From contig JAJZRA010000001.1 in NCBI GenBank assembly GCA_021847485.1, positions 20,757 through 84,756 on the forward strand: a stretch of 64,000 bases of DNA, given 5' to 3'. Positions within the stretch are counted from its first letter, which is position 1. Every line of letters begins with the position of its first letter. Below are positions 10,000-23,098 of this stretch, in pieces. The notes under the pieces were generated by a model. That model was given only the letters and a program-made list of their open reading frames with translations. It made no database searches and was not told the DNA's origin. This stretch comes from a bacterium (lineage in GTDB: Bacteria; Elusimicrobiota; Elusimicrobia; Elusimicrobiales; UBA9959). A program made the position numbers and the translations under genes.

Positions 10000-10420
10000 G
10001 GGTGCCTTTGGAGAGCATCGGCAGGGCCCGTCCCAGCCGGCGGAAGCCGAGCTTCCGGTAGAAAGGGTGGGAATCGTCCTGGGCGATCAGGGCGACCCAG
10101 CCTATCCCGTCGCGGCGCAGGCGGGCCAGCACGGCGCGCACCAGCCGGCGGCCGGTGCCGCGGCCGCGTTCGCTCTCGAGCACGGCCACGTCCTGGATGT
10201 AGGCGTCGCTGGCGCGGTCGCTGATGGCGCGGGCCATGCCGACCACTTCGCCCCCGCGCTCGGCCACCGCGAAGCAGTGGCTGCCGCGGATGAGGCGCCG
10301 CAGGCCGGCCGGGGTGTCTCCCGGCTTCCACCAGCCGTGGGCGCGGTAAAGTGTTATAATCCTTTTCAGGGTCCCGGGCGAAGGGGCGGTCACGAACCTG
10401 AAAGTAGGCTTGCCGGGCAT
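9992..10420 (-). CDS. GNAT acetyltransferase
   Basis: VGMARAISD, YIQDVAV..RGRGTG, FYRKLGF. Confidence 0.88.
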   Translation of the reverse strand: MPGKPTFRFVTAPSPGTLKRIITLYRAHGWWKPGDTPAGLRRLIRGSHCFAVAERGGEVVGMARAISDRASDAYIQDVAVLESERGRGTGRRLVRAVLARLRRDGIGWVALIAQDDSHPFYRKLGFRRLGRALPMLSKGTHV

Positions 10421-10474
10421 ACGAGCATGATATAAATCTTCCGGGCGCCCTGGAAAGCGCCGCGGGGAGGGGAT

Positions 10475-11257
10475 ATGTACTCAGAAGACAGGAACGGGCT
10501 GAAGCTGCTGAAGTTCGACAATTTCAGGGGCGCCGACGGCGTGACCTGCGCCGTCTCCACGCGCGCCGGAGGCCTTAGCTCCGGCCCGTACGCCGGCCTG
10601 AACCTCGGGCCCGGCACCGGGGACGACCCGGAGAAGGTGGACGGCAACCTGGAACTGCTCTGCGCCGCCATCGGGGCGGAACCCGCCCGCCTGGAGCGCA
10701 TGCGCCAGCGGCATACCGCCAACGTGGCCGTGGCGGAAGGGGGAGGCGGCGTCCCTCCCGACAACACGGACGCCCTGGTGACCGCCGTACCCGGCGTGCC
10801 GCTGCTGGCCCTGTCGGCGGACTGCGCCCTGACCGCGCTCTACGACCGCAGGCGCAACGTGCTGGCCGTGGCCCACAGCGGCTGGCGCGGCGCCCTGCTG
10901 GGCGTGCACGCCGCGGCGCTGGGCGTCATGCGCCTGCGCTTCGGCACCGAGCCCTCCGACGTGACCGCCGGGATCTCGCCGATGATCTCGGCCGCCCGCT
11001 ACCCGGTGCGGGCCGACTTCCTGGAGAAGCTAAAGACCTTCTGGCCGGACGGGGCCGACCGCCGCTTCCTGACGATGAAGGACGGCGTTCATTTCTTCAG
11101 CCTGCGCGAGCTGCTGCGCGTCCAGCTGGAGCGGCTGGGCGTGACGGACCACGAGTTCATGCACCTGTGCACCTACGACGAGAAGGAGATGTTCTACTCC
11201 TGGCGGAGGGACGGGGAGAGGACGGGGCGCTTCGGACTGATCGCGATGCTGCGCTAG
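10475..11257 (+). CDS. pgeF: PgeF/YfiH family (peptidoglycan editing factor / purine nucleoside enzyme)
   Basis: STRAGG, LNLG, QRH, ADC, HSGWRG and CT..FYSWRR..GR motifs. Confidence 0.88.
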   Translation: MYSEDRNGLKLLKFDNFRGADGVTCAVSTRAGGLSSGPYAGLNLGPGTGDDPEKVDGNLELLCAAIGAEPARLERMRQRHTANVAVAEGGGGVPPDNTDALVTAVPGVPLLALSADCALTALYDRRRNVLAVAHSGWRGALLGVHAAALGVMRLRFGTEPSDVTAGISPMISAARYPVRADFLEKLKTFWPDGADRRFLTMKDGVHFFSLRELLRVQLERLGVTDHEFMHLCTYDEKEMFYSWRRDGERTGRFGLIAMLR

Positions 11258-11258
11258 C

Positions 11259-12031
11259 CTAGCGCAGCATATCCCAGACTATCTTGCCGAGCAGCGAGGC
11301 CGAGACCAGGAAGAGCATCGGCCGGATGGCCCATGCCCCTTTCCGGAGGGCGACGTGGGCGCCGGCGTAGTTGCCGGCCATGCCGGCCACGCCCATGGCC
11401 AGGCCGAGGCGCAGGTCCACCCTGCCCAGGGCCAGGAAGGTCGCCAGCGCGGCGAGGTTGGAGACCAGGTTCAAGAGCTTCGCCAGCGCGGTGGAGCGCA
11501 GCAGGTCGTAGCCGCAGGCCCGCGAGAAGGCCAGCGCCAGGAAGGTCCCCGTGCCCGGCCCCAGCAGCCCGTCGTAGAAACTGATCCCGAAAGCTATCAG
11601 GCAGGAGCGGGAGAGCAGCGCGCCCTCGGAGAAGCGCGAGCTGGTGTCCGAGAAGCCGAAGCCTTTCCGCGCCGCGAGGAAGACCGCGACCGGCGGCAGC
11701 AGGACTATCAGCAGGTACCGGACCGCCTCCGGCGGCACCAGCGAGACCGCCCTCGCCCCTAAAAAGGCCCCTACGGCCCCGACGGCGGCCATGATGAAGA
11801 GCAGGTCGGCCCGGGTGCGGGTCTCGCGCAGGAACCTGCCCGCGGCCACCGCGGTGCCCATCGAAGAGGAAAGTTTATTGGTGCCCAGCAGCAGCGCCGG
11901 GGAGAGGCCGTGGGCCAGGTAGGCCGGCAGCGTTATCAGGCCGCCGCCGCCGGCCATCGAGTCGACGAAGCCGGCCAGGAAGACCAGCAGGGCCAGCGGC
12001 AGGTAAGGCTGGGCCGTGTGCAGGAGTTCGA

Positions 12032-12035
<4 letters not shown>
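11259..12035 (-). CDS. TSUP/TauE family transporter
   Basis: AGFVDSMAGGGGLITLP, GTNK, YDGLLGPGTGTF. Confidence 0.9.
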
Positions 12036-15403
<3,368 letters not shown>

Positions 15404-15526
15404 GTTTTGCGCGGCCCCGGGGCCGCCGCGAGGTATGATACAAAAATAGCGGGGGGGCGCGCTTTGCGCGCCGGGCGCATAATATGTAGAATTAAAAATC
15501 AAAATAAGCGGCGAAAAGGACCGGCC

Positions 15527-17269
15527 ATGGAAAAAGACGCTAACCTTGAGAGGATACGCAACACCATAGAGATCTCCGGCGGGGGCAAGCGCGTGGATAC
15601 GCTGCTGCGCAACGCGCGCGTCATCAACACGTTCTCGGGGGACATCCACCGCACGCACGTGGCCATCCACGGCGGCAAGATCGTCGGCTTCGGCGACTAC
15701 AAGGCCAAGCGCACGGTGGACCTCAAAGGCGCCTACGTCGCCCCCGGCTTCATCGACGGCCACGTCCATATCGAGAGTTCGATGGTCAAGGTCCCCGAGT
15801 TCGCCCGCACCGTGCTGCCGTGCGGCACCACCTCCGTGGTGATAGATCCGCACGAGATCGCCAACGTGCTCGGCCTGGACGGCATAAAGTACATGCTCTC
15901 CTCCAGCCTCAACGCCGTGCTCGGCGTCTACGTGATGCTGCCGTCCTGCGTGCCGGCCACGCACCTCGAGACCGCCGGCGCCGAGCTGGACGCGCACGAC
16001 CTGTCGCTGCTGCTGGGCGACGACCGCGTGCTGGGCATAGGCGAGATGATGAACTACCCCGGCGTGATCTTCCGCGACCGCGGCGTGCTGGAGAAGATCG
16101 CCATAGCGAAGAACAAGGTGATCGACGGCCACGCGCCGATGCTCAAGGACAAGCAGCTCTACGCCTACGTCTCGGCCGGCATCAAGAGCGACCACGAGTG
16201 CACCGACGTCGCCGAGGCCCGCGAGAAGCTGCGCGCCGGCATGTACATCATGATCCGCGAAGGCACGGCCGCCAAGAACCTCAGGGGCCTGCTGCCGCTC
16301 GTCAATTCCGAGAATTCCCGCAAGTTCATCTTCGTCACGGACGACCGCCACCTCGAGGACATAGAGCGGGAGGGCCATATAGACTACCTGGTGCGCACCG
16401 CGGTGCGCCTCGGCGTGGACCCTATCCGCGCTATCCAGATGGCGACGATCAACACGGCCGAGTACTTCGGGCTGAAGAACCTCGGCGCGATAGCCCCCGG
16501 TTACCAGGCCGACATCGTGGTCCTGCAGGACCTGAAGGGCCTGAAGGTCACCAAGGTCTTCAAGCAGGGCCGCCTCGTCGCATCCGACCGCCGCATCGCC
16601 CCGGGCGTCATCAAGGACTACGAGGGCAAGGCCCGCGGCACCGTCAACGTGAAGTGGATCGAGCACGAGGACTTCGCGCTGAAGGCCGAGGGGGACTACG
16701 CCCGGGTCATCAACGTCGTCCCGGACCAGATCGTCACGAAGATGACCGTGGAGAAGGTCAAGCAGGACGGCGGGTACGTCTCCTCGGACACCGACCGCGA
16801 CGTCCTGAAGATCGCCGTCATCGAGCGGCACATGGCCTCCGGCCGCATCGCCAAGGGCCTCGTGAAGGGCTTCGGCCTGAAGAAGGGGGCGATAGCCTCC
16901 TCGGTCTCCCATGACTCGCATAATATCGTGGTGATCGGCACGCACGACGGCGACATGTACACGGCCGCCGTGCAGGTGGTAAAGATGCAGGGCGGCATAG
17001 TGGCCGCGCTCAACGGCCAGGTGCTGGAGGCGCTGCCGCTGCCGGTGGCCGGCCTGATGTCCGACCGCAGCTCCGAGTTCGTGCGCGAGAAGCTCAAGCG
17101 CCTCTCGGAAACCGCCCGGATGCTGGGCTCCAGGCTCTCCGACCCTTTCATGGCGATGGCCTTCCTGACGCTGCCGCCCATCCCGGAGCTCCGGATCACG
17201 GACCGCGGCGTCATCGACGCGGTCAAGTTCCAGGTCACGCCGCTCTTCTGCGGCCCCAAAGGCAGATGA
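15527..17269 (+). CDS. ade: Adenine deaminase
   Basis: PGFIDGHVHIESSM, DPHEIANV, GEMMNYPGV, DHEC, IREG, TDDR, SHDSHN. Confidence 0.95.
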   Translation: MEKDANLERIRNTIEISGGGKRVDTLLRNARVINTFSGDIHRTHVAIHGGKIVGFGDYKAKRTVDLKGAYVAPGFIDGHVHIESSMVKVPEFARTVLPCGTTSVVIDPHEIANVLGLDGIKYMLSSSLNAVLGVYVMLPSCVPATHLETAGAELDAHDLSLLLGDDRVLGIGEMMNYPGVIFRDRGVLEKIAIAKNKVIDGHAPMLKDKQLYAYVSAGIKSDHECTDVAEAREKLRAGMYIMIREGTAAKNLRGLLPLVNSENSRKFIFVTDDRHLEDIEREGHIDYLVRTAVRLGVDPIRAIQMATINTAEYFGLKNLGAIAPGYQADIVVLQDLKGLKVTKVFKQGRLVASDRRIAPGVIKDYEGKARGTVNVKWIEHEDFALKAEGDYARVINVVPDQIVTKMTVEKVKQDGGYVSSDTDRDVLKIAVIERHMASGRIAKGLVKGFGLKKGAIASSVSHDSHNIVVIGTHDGDMYTAAVQVVKMQGGIVAALNGQVLEALPLPVAGLMSDRSSEFVREKLKRLSETARMLGSRLSDPFMAMAFLTLPPIPELRITDRGVIDAVKFQVTPLFCGPKGR

Positions 17270-18438
17270 GGCGCGCCGCCCTGCCGCTCCTGCTGCTGCT
17301 GACGGCCCTGCCGGCGGCCGCCGCCCGCATAGAGCGGGGGCCTTACCTCGAGAACATGGCCAAGGACATGGTCACGGTCCGCTTCAGGGTGGACGCGGCC
17401 ACGCCCGCCTGGGTCACGTACGGGGCGGCCCCGGACTGCGAGCGGTTCCTGACCATCTTCCCGGCAGCCAGGGAGCAGAAGGCGCCGCTCTTCGGCCTGC
17501 TGCCCGACACGACGCACTGCTACCGCATCTACCTGCCCGCCGACCAGAGCACCGGCGTCTACAAGGCCTACGAGGGGACCTTCGCCACTTTCCGCGACGA
17601 GGACAAGCCGCGTTTCTCGTTCCTGGCGTTCGGCGACTCCGGCTCCGGCACCCCGGAGCAGCTGCAGCTGGCCGGCCAGATGGACAAGTTCTCCCCGGAC
17701 TTCGTGCTGCACCTGGGCGACATGGTGGAGTCCGGCCTCGACGCGGACGCGGACGCGCAGTATTTCCGCCCCTACGCCGGCCTGCAGGCCCGCGTTCCCT
17801 TCTTTCAGGCGCTGGGCAACCACGACTACGGCGCCGACGCCCGCGCCGCGGCCGGCCGCGGTTTCCTGCGGGCCAACTACGTGCCGTTCCACAGCACCCC
17901 GCTGACCGGGCTGCCGCCGCATTACTATTTCTTCGACGTCGGCAACGCCCGCTTCTTCGTCCTGGACGCCAACGCCTTCGACGGCGCGAAGTTCGCCCCG
18001 TCGCTGGAGCCGGGGTCCCGGCAGTACAGGTGGCTGGAGCGCTTCCTGGCCAGGACCGACAAGACCTGGAAGTTCGTGGCGGTGCACGAGCCGCTCTACT
18101 CCACCGGGGCGCACGGCACTTCCGAGGCCGAGCTCAAGGCCCTGGAACCGCTCTTCCTGAAATACAAGGTGGACCTGGTCTTCCAGGGGCACGACCACGA
18201 CTACGAGCGCACGACGCCGGTGCGCGCCGGCGCTCCTGACGAGGCGGAAGGGATAGTCTATGTCACGCTGGGGGGAGGGGGCAGCACGCTCTATATCCAG
18301 CGGCGCAACGAGGACTGGTCCGAGAAGTTCCTGCCGACGTACAGCTTCGCCTACGCCGAGGTCGCTGACAAGGCTTTCACGATGACCGTCTACAACAAGG
18401 ACGGCGAGGTCATAGACACGCTGGAGGTCACCAAGTAG
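17266..18438 (+). CDS. Secreted purple-acid-phosphatase-like metallophosphoesterase
   Basis: Signal peptide; GD, HLGD, GNHD, GHDH motifs; FN3-like N-terminal domain. Confidence 0.88.
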   Translation: MRRAALPLLLLLTALPAAAARIERGPYLENMAKDMVTVRFRVDAATPAWVTYGAAPDCERFLTIFPAAREQKAPLFGLLPDTTHCYRIYLPADQSTGVYKAYEGTFATFRDEDKPRFSFLAFGDSGSGTPEQLQLAGQMDKFSPDFVLHLGDMVESGLDADADAQYFRPYAGLQARVPFFQALGNHDYGADARAAAGRGFLRANYVPFHSTPLTGLPPHYYFFDVGNARFFVLDANAFDGAKFAPSLEPGSRQYRWLERFLARTDKTWKFVAVHEPLYSTGAHGTSEAELKALEPLFLKYKVDLVFQGHDHDYERTTPVRAGAPDEAEGIVYVTLGGGGSTLYIQRRNEDWSEKFLPTYSFAYAEVADKAFTMTVYNKDGEVIDTLEVTK

Positions 18439-18456
18439 GGGGGCGCCTCCCGCCTT

Positions 18457-20445
18457 ATGCGGAAGACGGAATCTGACGGGAACGGCCGGGCGCCTTTTTT
18501 TACGCTGCAGCGCAAGCTGCTGGCGGCGGTCGTCTTTTTCAGCGCCCTGCTGGCGGTGAATTTCAAGTTCTATCTCGGCCTGGAGCGGGAATCCTCCGGA
18601 CTGCTGCCGGCTATAAACCTGCTTAGCGAGCAGCGCCTCCTCGCCGGGGAGATCGGCTGTTTCGCGCAGCTCCCGGCGGGCGGGCCCGCTTCCGGCGGCC
18701 GCAAAGCGCAGGAGCTGGCCGCTAAATTCTCGGGCAACCTGGCCGCCCTGGCCGGGACTTCCCCTGCGGGCAGCGTACTGCGTCATTCTCCTTCCCCCGA
18801 GCTGGAAAAGGCGCTGGCGTCGGTGGAAGCGCAATGGGAGCCGCTGCGCGAGGCCCTCGTGGCGGCCTCCCTTACCGGCCGGGACGGACCTTCCCGGTCC
18901 TCCCGCCTGCAGCTGCGGCGGCGCTCCGCCGTGCTGGAGGAGGCCTGCGACCGCGCCTACCAGGCCGCCCTGGCGCACAGCCACGCCATGGTCCTGGGGC
19001 TGCGGAACTCGCTTATCTACCTCTTCCTTGCCGATATACTCGCGGCAGTTCTCATGCTGGTCCTGGCCCGCAGGTACCTGGTCGCCCCCATAATCCGCCT
19101 GGACAAGGCGGCTTCGGAGGCGGCCGCCGGCCGGTTGATGCGGGTGGGCGGCCCGTCGGGCCGAGACGAGTTGGGGCGGCTCGTCGCTTCGTATAACGCC
19201 ATGGTCGACGCCATCCAGCGCGACGCCGACATAAAGGCCGTCTTCAATAGTCTGCTGGCCATCGCCATCGAGCGTCTCCCTATGGAGGAGATGCTCTCCC
19301 GGATGCTGAAGCGCATCCTCTCCATCCCCTGGCTGACGATAGAGTCCAAAGGCGCGATCCTGACGGCCGACGGCTCCGGGGAACTGGAGATGAGGGCCCA
19401 GTTCGGCCTGGACGGACCCACCCTCGCCGCCTGCGCTAAAGTTCCTTTGGGACGCTGCCTGTGCGGCCGGGCCGCCAGGGACAGGAAGCTGGTTTTCGCC
19501 GCCGACCTGGATCCCCGCCACGAGGTCCGTTACGAGGGGATAACGCCTCACGGCCATTACTGCATCCCGATAGTGTCCAAGGGAAGGCTGTTGGGCGTGC
19601 TGACCGTCTACCTGAAGGCCGGGCACGTCAAGATAGACGACGACGTAAGGGTGCTGGGCGCCATCGCCGACCTGCTGGCCGGAGTAATAGAGGCGCAGCA
19701 GGCCGAAGAGGAGCGCTCCAGGCTCACCGAGACGCTGAGGCAGGCCCAGAAGATGGAGGCGATGGGCCTGATGGCCGGCGGCGTGGCCCATGATTTCCAG
19801 ACCATCCTGAGGGCTATCGCTTCCTATCTCGACCCGCTGCTCCGGGCCGCCGCGGAGTGCCCCCGCAACGCGTCCGACATAGACGGGATAAAGGATGCGG
19901 TGGCCAAGGGGACTTCGCTGACGCGGCAACTGCTCGCTTTCAGCCGCAAGCAGGCGTTAAGGCTCAAGCCTGTCGAGTTGGGCGAAGCCGCGCTGGGCAT
20001 GCGCAAGGTCCTGGAAGGTATCCTGGGCGGGGGAGTGCGGCTGGAGATAGATCCGGGACCCGGACGGATCAACGCGGACATCGGCCAGTTGGAGCAGATA
20101 TTCATAAACCTGGCGGCTAACGCCAGGGACGCCATGCCTGAAGGCGGGAGGTTCTCGGTCGCCGTCTCGGCCGCCGCCCTGGACGGGAGCGGCCGCGGGG
20201 AACTGGCGGACGCCAGGCCCGGCGCTTATGTCCTGCTTTCCGTGAGCGACACCGGTTCGGGGATGAGCGAGACGACGGCCGGGAAGATCTTCGAACCTTT
20301 CTTCACCACTAAACGGCCCGGTCAAGGGACCGGGCTGGGGCTCTCCACCGTCTACGGCATCGTAAAACAGAGCGGAGGATATATCTCCGTCGAAAGCTCG
20401 CCCGGCAAGGGGACCAGGTTCAGCATCTATTTCCCGGCCGTCTGA
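18457..20445 (+). CDS. Sensor histidine kinase (HAMP-GAF-HisKA-HATPase)
   Basis: DELGRLVASYN, CLCG/HGHYCIP GAF, AGGVAHDF, NARDAM, FFTTK..GTGLGL. Confidence 0.88.
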   Translation: MRKTESDGNGRAPFFTLQRKLLAAVVFFSALLAVNFKFYLGLERESSGLLPAINLLSEQRLLAGEIGCFAQLPAGGPASGGRKAQELAAKFSGNLAALAGTSPAGSVLRHSPSPELEKALASVEAQWEPLREALVAASLTGRDGPSRSSRLQLRRRSAVLEEACDRAYQAALAHSHAMVLGLRNSLIYLFLADILAAVLMLVLARRYLVAPIIRLDKAASEAAAGRLMRVGGPSGRDELGRLVASYNAMVDAIQRDADIKAVFNSLLAIAIERLPMEEMLSRMLKRILSIPWLTIESKGAILTADGSGELEMRAQFGLDGPTLAACAKVPLGRCLCGRAARDRKLVFAADLDPRHEVRYEGITPHGHYCIPIVSKGRLLGVLTVYLKAGHVKIDDDVRVLGAIADLLAGVIEAQQAEEERSRLTETLRQAQKMEAMGLMAGGVAHDFQTILRAIASYLDPLLRAAAECPRNASDIDGIKDAVAKGTSLTRQLLAFSRKQALRLKPVELGEAALGMRKVLEGILGGGVRLEIDPGPGRINADIGQLEQIFINLAANARDAMPEGGRFSVAVSAAALDGSGRGELADARPGAYVLLSVSDTGSGMSETTAGKIFEPFFTTKRPGQGTGLGLSTVYGIVKQSGGYISVESSPGKGTRFSIYFPAV

Positions 20446-20476
20446 CCGGCAGGGCTGAAAATTCCGGAAAAAACTA

Positions 20477-20505
20477 TTGCTACCCGTACGTCTTTGTGCT
20501 ATAAT
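20477..20505 (+). promoter_or_regulatory. sigma70 promoter of tRNA-Met
   Basis: TTGCTA-17nt-TATAAT with extended -10 TG, 5 nt before the tRNA. Confidence 0.75.
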
Positions 20506-20510
20506 AAATG

Positions 20511-20588
<78 letters not shown>

Positions 20589-20611
20589 GTTTAAGCAATT
20601 CGAACCTGAGA

Positions 20612-20807
20612 CAAGAAATATCAGGCCGGGCCCCAGATGAAAATCTGGGGCTTCGTGTTTTATGGCGGCTGGCGAGCGGGCACCCGGAGGGTGGCTGCCA
20701 CGCATCGGGCGCACGGCATGATTATGCCGTGCTCTAAAGCGGCCCTCACCTTCGGCAAGAAATATCAGGCCGGGCCCCGGATGAAGATCCGGGGCTTCGT
20801 GTTTTAT
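20612..20807 (+). repeat. 52-bp direct repeat (20612-20663, 20756-20807), each copy a terminator-like hairpin
   Basis: CAAGAAATATCAGGCCGGGCCCC[A/G]GATGAA[A/G]ATC[T/C]GGGGCTTCGTGTTTTAT occurs twice, 144 bp apart. Confidence 0.9.
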
Positions 20808-20885
20808 ACGGTTCTCCGGCCGCGCTTTACCTCGCCGCCGCGGCGTCAGTTGAAATGGGCCGCCAATAACTATAGAATAGGTCCG

Positions 20886-23048
20886 ATGACCACCTCATGG
20901 CGTTTCAAGGACGAAGGCCTCCTGCGCTGCCTCGCGGGGCTGGACGGCGTGACCCCGCAACAGGTGGCGAAGTTCAGGAATGAGCGACGCAAGTACCTGT
21001 CGCATTCTCTTATCGAGGCCGGGACCGTCACGCAGGAACGCCTGGTAGGCGCCGTGGAGGCGGCTTACAGGTGCCGCTACGTCCCGCTCTCCGCCGACAG
21101 GGCGGAGAAGTTCGCGCTGTCCCTGGTGCCGGAGCGGATCTGCCGCAAGTACGACCTGGTCCCGCTGCGCCTGACCGAGAGCGAGATGCTGGTGGCCACT
21201 TACGATCCGGCGGACCTGAACGCACAGGCGGACGTCGAGGCCCTTACGGGGCGGCGCGTCAGGCCGCAGTTCAGCCTCCCGCTGGAGATCGAGAGCTGCC
21301 TTGACCAGCTCTATAGTTCCGACAAGGTCATCTTCGACCTGCTCAGCCGCGTGGAGGCGCCCGACGATATCATGGTGGTGGGCGGGACCGGAGGCGAGGC
21401 GCCGCCGGCGGACGCCGTCTCCTCCCCGGTCATAACGCTGGTCAATTCCATCATCTCGCAGGCCTACCGCAAGCGTTCCTCGGACATCCACATCGAGCAC
21501 GAGGAGCAGGGCAGCCACGTCCGCATCCGGATAGACGGCGAGCTCAGGAACATCATGAAACTGCCGCGCTACGTGGCGGCCGGGCCGGTCGTTTCCCGCA
21601 TCAAGATCATGTCGGAACTGGACGTGTCCAACCATATGCGGCCGCAGGACGGCCGCACCAAGGTCCGTATCGGGCCGGCGGAGGTCGGCCTGCGCGTCTC
21701 CACGCTGCCCACCGCCTACGGCGAGAAGGTCGTCATCCGCATCCTGGACCAGCGCGCCGCCGAGGTCCCGTTCGAGAAGCTGGGCTTCGCCCCCGAGGTG
21801 GCCGCCGCGCTGGACAGGTGCGTCTCCGCCCATCAGGGAATACTGCTGGTGACCGGCCCTACCGGCTCCGGCAAGACCACCACCCTTTATTCCGTCCTTA
21901 ATAAGGTAAAGCAGGAGACCAGCAACGTCGTTACCGCGGAGGACCCCATAGAGTACAAGCTGGCCGGCATCAACCAAGTGCAGGTGAACGAGCGGCAGGG
22001 GCTCTCCTTCGCCTCCGTCCTGCGGTCGGTGCTGCGCCAGGACCCCGACATCATCATGGTGGGCGAGATCCGCGACAGGGAGACGGCCGACATGGCCTTC
22101 CAGGCCGCGATGACCGGCCACCTGGTCCTTTCGACGCTGCACACCAACGACACCGTCTCCGCCATCTCGCGCCTGGCGGACATGGGCGTGGACCGCTTCA
22201 AGATCTCGCCCGGCCTGCTGGCCGTGACCGCGCAGCGGCTGGTCCGCCGCCTCTGCCCGCAGTGCAGGCGGCCGGTCCCGCCGGAGGAACTGCCCGCCGG
22301 CGTCGCCAGGGAGCTGGCGCGCCACGGTTTCGGCGCCGCCTGTTACCGCGCGGCCGGCTGCAAGGCCTGCGAAGGCTCCGGCTACTCCGGGCGCACCTCC
22401 ATCGTGGAACTGCTGCTGGTGGACGCCAAGGTGAAGGAGCACATCAATTCCGGAGTTCCGGCGGAGACCATTAAGGCGAGGGCCCTGGCGTCCGGCAGCC
22501 TCAGGACTATCGGAAAGGACGCCCTCTGGCACCTGTCCACGGGGGAGACCGACCTGAAGGAGATAGAGCCGTACCTGGATGCGCCGGGCGCCGAGCCCGA
22601 GGCCGATCCCGGCCCGGAGGCCGCCTCCGCTCCGTCCCCGCGCCCGGCGGGCGCGCCGGCCCGCCGCCCGCGCGTGATGGTGGCCGACGACGACGCCATA
22701 ATGCGCATGCTCATGCGCAAGGCCATCGAAAGCGCCGGCTACGAGGCGCTCGAGGCAGCGGACGGGGAGGAGGCCATCACCAGGATAGCCGCCGGCCCCG
22801 CCCCCGACCTGCTGGTGGCCGACATCAATATGCCGCGCCTCGACGGCCTCGGCCTGGTGAAGGGCGTGCGCGGAACGCTGGGGCTGCTGGACCTGCCGGT
22901 CATCATGCTGACCAGCGAAAGCTCCGACAGGAGCCAGGAGCTGGCCTTCCAGTTGGGGGCGGACGATTACGTGATAAAGCCGTTCAAGGGCCCGCTGGTC
23001 ATGGCCCGGATAACGGCCGCGCTCAGGCGGGCCGGCCGCGTGAAGTGA
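20886..23048 (+). CDS. GspE/PilB-family ATPase with C-terminal receiver domain
   Basis: SDIHIE, RPQDG, GPTGSGKT, LRQDPD, GHLVLSTLH, CxxC...CxxC; C-terminal ADDD/DINMP/MLT/KPF receiver; TTGAAA-17-TAGAAT directly upstream. Confidence 0.9.
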   Translation: MTTSWRFKDEGLLRCLAGLDGVTPQQVAKFRNERRKYLSHSLIEAGTVTQERLVGAVEAAYRCRYVPLSADRAEKFALSLVPERICRKYDLVPLRLTESEMLVATYDPADLNAQADVEALTGRRVRPQFSLPLEIESCLDQLYSSDKVIFDLLSRVEAPDDIMVVGGTGGEAPPADAVSSPVITLVNSIISQAYRKRSSDIHIEHEEQGSHVRIRIDGELRNIMKLPRYVAAGPVVSRIKIMSELDVSNHMRPQDGRTKVRIGPAEVGLRVSTLPTAYGEKVVIRILDQRAAEVPFEKLGFAPEVAAALDRCVSAHQGILLVTGPTGSGKTTTLYSVLNKVKQETSNVVTAEDPIEYKLAGINQVQVNERQGLSFASVLRSVLRQDPDIIMVGEIRDRETADMAFQAAMTGHLVLSTLHTNDTVSAISRLADMGVDRFKISPGLLAVTAQRLVRRLCPQCRRPVPPEELPAGVARELARHGFGAACYRAAGCKACEGSGYSGRTSIVELLLVDAKVKEHINSGVPAETIKARALASGSLRTIGKDALWHLSTGETDLKEIEPYLDAPGAEPEADPGPEAASAPSPRPAGAPARRPRVMVADDDAIMRMLMRKAIESAGYEALEAADGEEAITRIAAGPAPDLLVADINMPRLDGLGLVKGVRGTLGLLDLPVIMLTSESSDRSQELAFQLGADDYVIKPFKGPLVMARITAALRRAGRVK

Positions 23049-23098
23049 CCGGCCATTATTTTGTAAGATTATGCGCAGTGGATCCCAGGAGGATTAAG

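Noticed and set aside
15404-15526. Purine riboswitch upstream of ade
   Set aside because: The conserved aptamer core is not recognisable
20612-20807. CRISPR array
   Set aside because: Only two 52-bp units with a 92-bp spacer, terminator-like, and no cas genes
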